Positions 51,501 through 60,500 of a DNA stretch of 64,000 nt are shown in pieces. The stretch lies in assembly GCA_002633005.1 (NCBI GenBank), contig NMRA01000094.1:304652-368651 (forward strand), given 5' to 3'. The notes under the pieces were generated by a model that saw only the letters and a list, made by a program, of their open reading frames with translations, did not search any database and was not told the origin of the DNA. Each line of letters opens with the position of its first letter. Within the stretch, counting starts at the first letter, position 1. The translations under genes and the position numbers were made by a program. The stretch is from Phoronis australis (lineage: Eukaryota; Animalia; Phoronida).

Positions 51501-54500
51501 CAAAGGTCACCTATTTGCAGAATTTTTGTTTTCACACTTACAATTTGCCGTTGAATACAAGTGCACTCTGTTTAGCCTAGATGACAATTGTCGTTTAGTT
51601 CTTGGTACACATTAGCATAGTAAGGAGAATGCAAACACATCGTTCAATTTATTTTTTATGACTGGTATTCCTACATATTCTTGTCTCACTAGACGCACCT
51701 ACTCATTTTTATGACTGGTATATTCTTGTCTCACTAGATGCAGCTATTCATTTTTATGACTGGTATTCCTACGTATTCAAGGTACCTAAACTACACGGTC
51801 AACGAACTCATAAACATGGGCACGGACGCATGAACACGACTCACGGACCTGCAAACACAGTCCACTGACTCACAAACACGGGAACGGACTCACAAAACAC
51901 GATCCACGCACCCAAATACACGGGACACGGACTCATATTCACGAGGAAACACTGTTAACGGACCGCCAAACACATGTCACGGACTCATCGGCTTCCTGGG
52001 TCAGCTGATATCTCCATTTTGTCCGTAAACCGTGTTTGGCGGTCCGTAAACCGTGTTTGGCGGTCCGTAAACCGTGTTTGGCGGTCCGTTAACCGTCTTT
52101 CCTCCGGAATATGAGTCTGTGTCCCGTGTATTTGGGTGCGTGGATCATGTTTCATGAGTCCGTTCCCGTGTTTGTGAGTCAGTTGAGGGTGTTTGCAGGT
52201 CCGTGAGTCGTGTTCATGCATCCTTGGGCCGTGCTTATGAATCCGTAAGCATGTAGTTTAGGTACCTTGCAGTTGTCTATTGAGATTGGGCTTGCACCAA
52301 CTGATGTGTAGAGCCTCAGGAATTTTAAACTCCTTTGTTGTTACTGCCTGGTCTATTACCGTAAACGTTCGGGTTAACGCCCTGGGCGGTTAAATTGGCA
52401 AACCCAAAAAATCCAGGGTGGGTGGTTAACCGAACATGGGAACTTATTACGACAGGCAAGCGCCCTGGGCGGTTAATCTTACCTCGTGATCTAAGTACCC
52501 ACACCACACACGTAGTCGTAGGCCTACTCGGAAGGCGTAGCACTTTTCAAAGAGCGTTATCATCACGTCGTCACGTGACGGGAAAAATGTCATAACAGTG
52601 GATGATCCTAACAAAGGTTATCATGCCCTCAGATTAGTTATTCACTATTAAATTTACATAATTGCTGAGTAATAGCCCCGTGCCGTCCTGCGGTCTTGTT
52701 ATTTAGTGTAGAGCGCAGACGACCAGTGACCACGCAGCCTCTACTTGGATTGCAACTATTTCATCTTACTAAAGTGCGCGCGTGCAAGCTTCACGTGTTG
52801 CAGAGGTCACAGCAGACATCAGATTTATGGTTACAGTCTTGTACTAGCTGCCAAGTTCATAGTCAGAGAGCAGTTTTAAAAGTGGTTGTAATAAAAGTTT
52901 GAAAACCTTAATTCAGATGTTTTTTGTGTTTGGGATGTTTATAGTCAACACTCCGTGACTCAATGACATTTTCAGCGTATGGTTCTGTGGCTTGCTGTTT
53001 TACCTCGACTGCCTGGCATTGCTCACTTGCCGTTGCGCCAAACATGCTCGGCAAAGAACTAGGCCTAAGACAAGAATCCGGGATAAGCGGCCGTGTGCCA
53101 CTCGTCGATCAAGAATAAAATTTCGANTCTCGCGGTTTTGATAAGTTCGATCATCGTGTGCTTTTGTCAGTCAACATGCCACACTGTTGCTGCGTACCGG
53201 GATGTACTCATTATCGTCCCACGGACAGAGGAACAACTGTCCCCCTGCCCGAGTGTCCGCGACACACTCCCACTGATAGTGACTTGAGCACACAAACTGC
53301 TTACACCCCGCCGTGTCACACCCTCGCCACACACCTGGCACCTTCTAAATAGCTCCAATACTTCAGACAAGTCCACAATAAACTTATCAAAGTTTGGCTC
53401 ACCGATCTGTTCATTGAACGACGAACTGTCCTCTTCACTGGGTGTCGAACGGGGCCTGTATTCACTCCCACTACTCAATATCGCAGCAGGGCTGCTTACA
53501 GGCTTTGGGCCATAATGAGTACATCCCGGTAGGCAGCAACAGTGTGGCATGTTGACTGACTCGTAAACAAAAGCTAACGTCTGAACTTATGACAACCGAG
53601 GTAGATCTATGACCGATTCGTCAACGCTCATATAGTCAGACTACGGGAAAAGAAATTGGCACGAAATCCTTGCCTCCTAAAACGTCACTTCCGGAGTAGA
53701 AAACGAATAATAAATCAAATTACCAAAAGCTGTAATTAAGTGGAAAATATGTCTGGGATAATCAACGAACCTTATTTTTGCTAAAAATGACATGAAGATA
53801 GGATGCATTCGCCTTTAAGTAGGCAGATATGCTCTGACCTAGGTTAAAGGCCTGCAACTAAATACTAAATCTTAAGCTGTCAATGAAAGAATCAAATTTC
53901 ATCTGAACAACTCTAACAAGGGAGAAACCACTTCGTGTTCTGGTTACTGTATAGGAGAACATATTGAAACATCTTGTTTTAATCCCTAGACTATTATAAA
54001 ACATCATCTTGTTAAACTCAACTCAATGTAATCACTGGTGGACATCTGATTTAGGGTTCCCAGGCTGGCCAAAAGTTGCGTTTAAATCTTCAAAATGGAA
54101 ATGTTATTAGCATGAACGGGGTTAGCCAGTTCATAAGTCAAACAACTGGTAAATATCCTCCACATCAAATGTTCTCCAAAGACTAACACTTGTTTTTCTG
54201 AAGGAAGACACTTAGCTAATTCACAAGTGCCGTCACAAGCTCCAACAGTAGGCAAATCTTACACTAACAGTATTAGAACGAAAGTGGATGAGAAAGCATG
54301 TAGTTTACACCCAGAGTATCCAGCGAAGTCCTTGGCACATCAAAAGCTTGATGGTGCTGTCACACGGGTGAGAAACAACATGACTGCCGGTCCTCTTAAA
54401 TCAGACCGACTCACCCAAAACAGGACCTCCGGGGATCAAATGGGATCGTCGCACCAGAAAATGGGACTGACGCACCTAAAAACATGACTGCCCCACCAGA

Positions 54501-57500
54501 AAACAGGACCGCCGGGGACTGAACATGACCGCCGGGGATTGAAACTGCAGTGACAAACAAGTTAAGATTTATTACCGGTAGGCCTACACAGATCATAAAA
54601 TGGAGCTATATACGTATGCATATGCAGGTCTCGTGCCGATTTACTCCAAGAAGATCGTTTGTGCACTATAGGACACTTCGCTTTGTAACACGCGGCGCTT
54701 TTGAGTTTTAACCACAAACCAACCACGTTGCACGCTTTTAACTTCATCCACTGCGTAAGTTTTAGAACAAAATGAAAATCGTGTTCTCCAATTTGATGTT
54801 TTAGTCAAGAAAAAAAAAACGGCATTCTGGTTCTCGGGTGAAGCACCTTAACTAGCCTTTGTGCGACAAAGCAGTATACTAAATATACAGTTTGGCGCCG
54901 ATGTGGGTAAAACACTGAGCATATAAAATCTTCACCGAATTAGTGTTATTAACGACTCTCTTCCTTGAGCAAACTAAATTATTTATTGGTGCTCGCGGAG
55001 AAAAATTGTAGTTATTCTGCTGCTAAAATTGAGATGCGTTCTTTTAGGTCGGCTTACATTGACCAGTTCCTTAATTTTTTCACCGTTCAGTAAGCTATTC
55101 TTCTCTTCAACGAGGTTGCGTACATGGTACAACAAATTATTGGAACTAGTTTCATTTCGTCATAAGTTTTTAGTATTTTGATACCAGCAAATCGAATTTC
55201 AGAACAAATCGTGCTGCTGCGAAGTTGAGTCATCATCTTCCGAAAGATGTCGCTAAATTTTAGGACATGTCGCAGGCTCATGTCATGAGCGTGACAGACT
55301 TTATTTGTTACATTAGGCAAACAAATGACGTTCATTAGATTGTTTTTCACTTAAGCGGCTGCAACCTGCAAGGTGAGTGTTGATTGATTCCTAGATTTTG
55401 CATGCGCCTGCTCCGCTCGCTAGCTCTACATGTTGATATAAGTTTCACAACGAGGTGACAAGCAGAACTATACCCGGGCTGATATGTTTCACAACGAGGT
55501 GACAAGCAGAACTATACCCGGGCTGATATGTTTCACAACGAGGTGACGAGCAGAACTATACCCGGGCTGATATGTTTCACAACGAGGTGACGAGCAGAAC
55601 TATACCCGGGCTGATATGTTTCACAACGAGGTGACGAGCAGAACTATACCCAGCCTGTGCTGTGGGAAATGTCGGGGATGTAATGGAGCTCAATAATGCA
55701 GTGCTACCAAGCTTTATTTTGACGAGTCTTTACACAGCTAGCTGACCGGTTACGTAATCGCAAGCAGTATCATACAAAGACATTGATAACTACTTATTGT
55801 CCGGCGGTCATGTTCAGTCCCCGGAGGTCATGTTCAGTCCCCGGCGATCCTGTTCTCTGGTGGGGTGGTCATGTTTTTAGGTGCGTCAGTCCTATTTTCT
55901 GGTGCGACGGTCCCATTTGATCCCCGGAGGTCCTATTTTGGGTGAGTCAGTCCGATTTAGAAGACCAGTGGTCATGTTGGTTCTCACCCGTGTGTCAGGG
56001 ATTGAAGTGAGCTATTCATGGGCTTGGCTGAACATGCTGGATTAGATAATTGCGGTGGTAAACCAACATGCCTGTTTAACACACAAGTTTCAAAGTAAAA
56101 AATGAACAATAAGTAAGGCAAAACAACCAACATGGCTATTTTTATAATTGAAAAATAAATAGTATCCGTCTTTAAATGTTTAAAATCTATGCATAATGAG
56201 AGAAATTTGAAAATAGGTTTTCTTCAGCATCGTGGCTAAGCAACGAGCATTAATTTGTAAATCAATTAGGATGAGTTAATCAGTCTGGTTCAGACTCGCT
56301 TAGGTGCTGGGGTAACAAAACCACAAATGTTAGAGTGTAGGAGTTGTCTCATGAAGGATAGCAGACCATGTTTATAACAGGCGAAGTGTATGTACATTGA
56401 CCATGTTAATAACAGTCTACGTTCGGGGTATAAACTGCAAACATTTACACCAGACTTCCATCTTCCTAACACAGTATTTACTTTAATTTTTCAAATTAAT
56501 ACCGTAGCAAACTCATAGTACAAATTAGCCAACATGAAGCAGTGAAGGAGAAGACCTCCCATCTGTTCAGCCACAACAAACCCACATTCTGTCAAAAAAA
56601 GTTTTTCTATAGATCACTTATGGCACACTTATTCAGGATTTGGAAAGAACTAAGGGTTTGTTATCGATAGACACCCGAAGGCTTGGCACACACCAACTTC
56701 TTGAGCCTGGCCTCAAGTTTTAACAAACTATCAGTTATCTATCTCCAAGCAAGCCCAGAAGTCAACACTATTTTGAATAAGGAATTAGTTAGATAAATTT
56801 CGTTCTGTCAATGGTCTAAACCATATTTTTGGATGGAACTGCAAATCTCATCAGCTTTAAAGGAGGACGTGAACTTCTCATACTTTATATTGTAATAAAG
56901 AGAAAATCTGAGAGGCAGATAAAAGAGCCATTTGAATGATTCTATTTATTCATCAGCAGTGTCCAAGTATCTTGCACTAATAACTTTCTATCACATAGCT
57001 GTGCTGGCTGTCCTATCTCTTCTGTTGGTGTAATGCCAAGTGTTCAGAATCTCGCCTTTCAGCCTTTCAGACAGTTGGCCATAAAAGTGCTAAGACAAGA
57101 TAAATTAACAGATTTGTGAAAACAATTAGCAACCCACTCCTTTGCTATGCTTGTTATTTTAAATGCCCAGTTTCCTAAGCAGGGTTAGTTTATTTTCACA
57201 GGGGGATGGCTGTCAAACTCAGCCAGCATTTACCATTTTTTTTAAATATCTGGTTGCAAATAATGATTGATGCACTGCTGATGAGACTACTGTGAACAAA
57301 TTGAGCTTATAAAGCAGGAAGGAGGAGTGAAGCCATAGTCATAGTGCACAGAATGTGGGCCTGCACTCCTCTTACAAATTGAACACGTCTCAAATTCTTT
57401 TTTATAGAGATTGGTGAGAATTAGATACAAAGGGACCGTGGTTGCTCAGCTTGAAGGTCGTAGCCCAGTGGAGTGACAACTTATCATCGTTGTTTTCATA

Positions 57501-60500
57501 ATTAGAAGCAGCAGTGATATCTGACAACAGGTAAGGTAGTTCTAAGGGAATCAAGTTCAACTGCCTCCTTGATATGTCATCTCCCTTGCAATAGTAATAC
57601 ACAGTACTTCCCTTGTTTGTCCTGCCACACAGCTGTCATGCTAGTGTTGTCCATAAAATAATTGTTTTTTTAACTGCCACGCCAAAGATAGAAGTGAACA
57701 CACCTAAACAGCTTACCCTACTTTGACAGCAGCCTGATAATGTTTTGTTATCAAAGTGCTCAATTCAGTTAGCTACACTAGACTAAGTGTACTTGTTTAG
57801 TTACTCTGCCATTTGGCCATTACTGTTGTTATAGCTGCAACAATGATTGTGTTGTAACTTTGACATAATGTTTATCTCATATTGTAATACAGCAGTGGAT
57901 TAAGAATGTATGAAGAGATGCCCTAACTTTGATATCTGTATACCTTGTCAGATATTGATCAGTTTTTTGCTAAGCAACACGTGAATAGGGCGACGTCATT
58001 ATGGACACTTAATAAGTTCAAATTGCTGCCATTTCTCTCAATCCATCCGTGTCTGTTGATTCAGTATCTGTCAGCATGGCATCAGCAACGCTATCTCCAA
58101 AACCCTCCATGATCTCCATAAGTTTTGTACACTAACAGAAAGGGACAACATACAAATTTTACAGCTGTGTGGGGCCACTTCAGGATTTCGGGGATATCTC
58201 AGGCTAATGTCTTCAGAACTAAGATATTGCACAGTAATTAAGTACCCAAAAAGAAAAGCCGTGGTTCATTTTGAGTTTATTCAGAATTCTTGGGTTAGGG
58301 TGATCGGTAGTTCTGAATTTTTGGGCTCTAAACCATCCAGGTGACAGATTTTTCTCTTATGTTGCTAAATATAAGACTAGAACATATTTCCTACTTGACG
58401 AGTAATAATTACTCGGCAAACTTTTGCCTTGGTCATGTGTCAACATGCATGACCAAGAGTACAACAGATAGTCAGGGCCTATTTGTTATGGAGTAATTAG
58501 GTGATGAATGATAGAAATTATGATGTATTTGTTATCTATTTTATTACATATTTGTCCAAAAATGATGTACAAACATGTGGTCACAGATCACTGTGGAATC
58601 CACAGAAAAATTGAGGTACCTAAATGTTAATATTCTATCATGATAATGCCATCTCTAAATTATGAGTGGTAGTTCTCGACCTACTTCTACTAAATTTTTA
58701 AGTAAACCATTTTGTTCATTGTCCACAACGTTGCCAGCAGGTAGACACAATACACCTAAAGTAGAAGTGACAAATAGATATTAAATAGATATTATAGTAG
58801 TGATAAAATGCATTCTTTTGGATTGCAGCCCCTTCATTGCACCGCATCAAGCCCCAGTGATGGATGAGCGTGAGGTTGTAGTTCTTGGCTTGACACCCCT
58901 CTTACTTCTGGCTGTTCTTGTGGGCTTCGTCACTGGCACCACCATCTTCTTCCTGACACGCCTGTTTGCCGAGCGATCAATAGCTGCGGGTAGTAGAAGA
59001 CAATCGATCTACCACAAGCCTGGTGTGATCCGACCACTACTGCCTAATGAGATAATGACAGAGCTGTTGGAAGATGTTGTCTTTATAGTATTTGTGGAGT
59101 CAAAGCATGAGATACCTGGAGGGACTATCTATCCAGCCTTGCGTAATCTGGCAGAGCGACATCCGCTCTTAAATGCACGAATTGTCACAGATACAACAAT
59201 GACAAATAAGGAATGTCGCTATTTTGAAGAGATCACTGAAAACAAGTCAATAGATTTTGAGGACATTCGTACCCAGCCATGGGAGGAAGTGTTGCGAGAT
59301 TTGACTGTCGATAAAATTGACAGCTCCTCAGGGCCGCTGTGGAGGGTACGCTTTGTCACTGTACACGGATCTCACAACATTAGTACAGATTCAACACTGC
59401 CAAAGCTGCACAAATATGCCCTCATTCTAAACTTCCACCACTCCATCAGTGATGGAGCATGTCTCCCTGATCTGTGCAGTACGCTCATAAAGGATGTTGA
59501 CACTTTGCTCTCTGGTGGTGACATTGACAGCTACTCACCACGTCAAATGGTACACATAGAGCGTCTTCCAATAGAACTGCGTCGTCCAGCCAAGTGGCGT
59601 GAATCACTGAGCCTCTACATACAGCTGATGAAGGATCAGCTATTTGGCACTAAAAATGTCTACCTGGAGAGCTTTCCACCGAGGGAGCACGAGTCCCCAG
59701 CCCACACCAAAGTGATTGACTTTCATCTTCCAACTGAAGAAACTGAACAGCTGAAGCTCAAGTGTCATGCTAACTGCGTCACTGTTCACGGTGCACTCAC
59801 GGCGGCTGCAGTCATGGCCATCTATAAGTTATGCGAGACCAAGAAGGCCAGGTCTCTCACTATGCACACAATGCACGCCATAAATATACGAAATCAATGT
59901 CGGCCACCCGTATCGAATACAGACCTTGGCTCACTGTTCACTGGAGTGTTCATTGACTTGTCTGTCACACCTCATCAAGATTTCTGGACTCTCGCTCAAA
60001 CTGTTGCCAATGACCTGCACTCCAGAATCAAAGCAAAGAAACACCTAAAGCTTCAGTCAGCCATTATCTCTCTGATGACTAAGATGTCGTATGATAAACG
60101 GGTTGAGATGATGTTAGCTGATGACGTACAGAAACGTAAAGTGTGTATCTCCATGAGTAACATGGGTGTCATAGAGGATCTGTTCCAGTACTCTAACATT
60201 GACGTCACAAAATTCTTAGGTTGTACAGCAGAACATCGCCTGCCAATTGGTAGCGTGTTTGGAAACGTCATAGCCACATTTCGCGGACAGTTAAACTGGA
60301 CTGTCAGTTATCATACAAATATAACATCCGAAGCAGAAGCCATGAACTACAGAGACGTGATTAAAGAAACGTTGCTTGAGGCGATTCAGAATTAAGCTAT
60401 ATTAATTATTATGGTAAAATCATCAATTTAGGACATAATATGGCCGACAAGAGACAATTTCATAAAAGATATGTAGGACCAAACTAATGATTTACTATGT

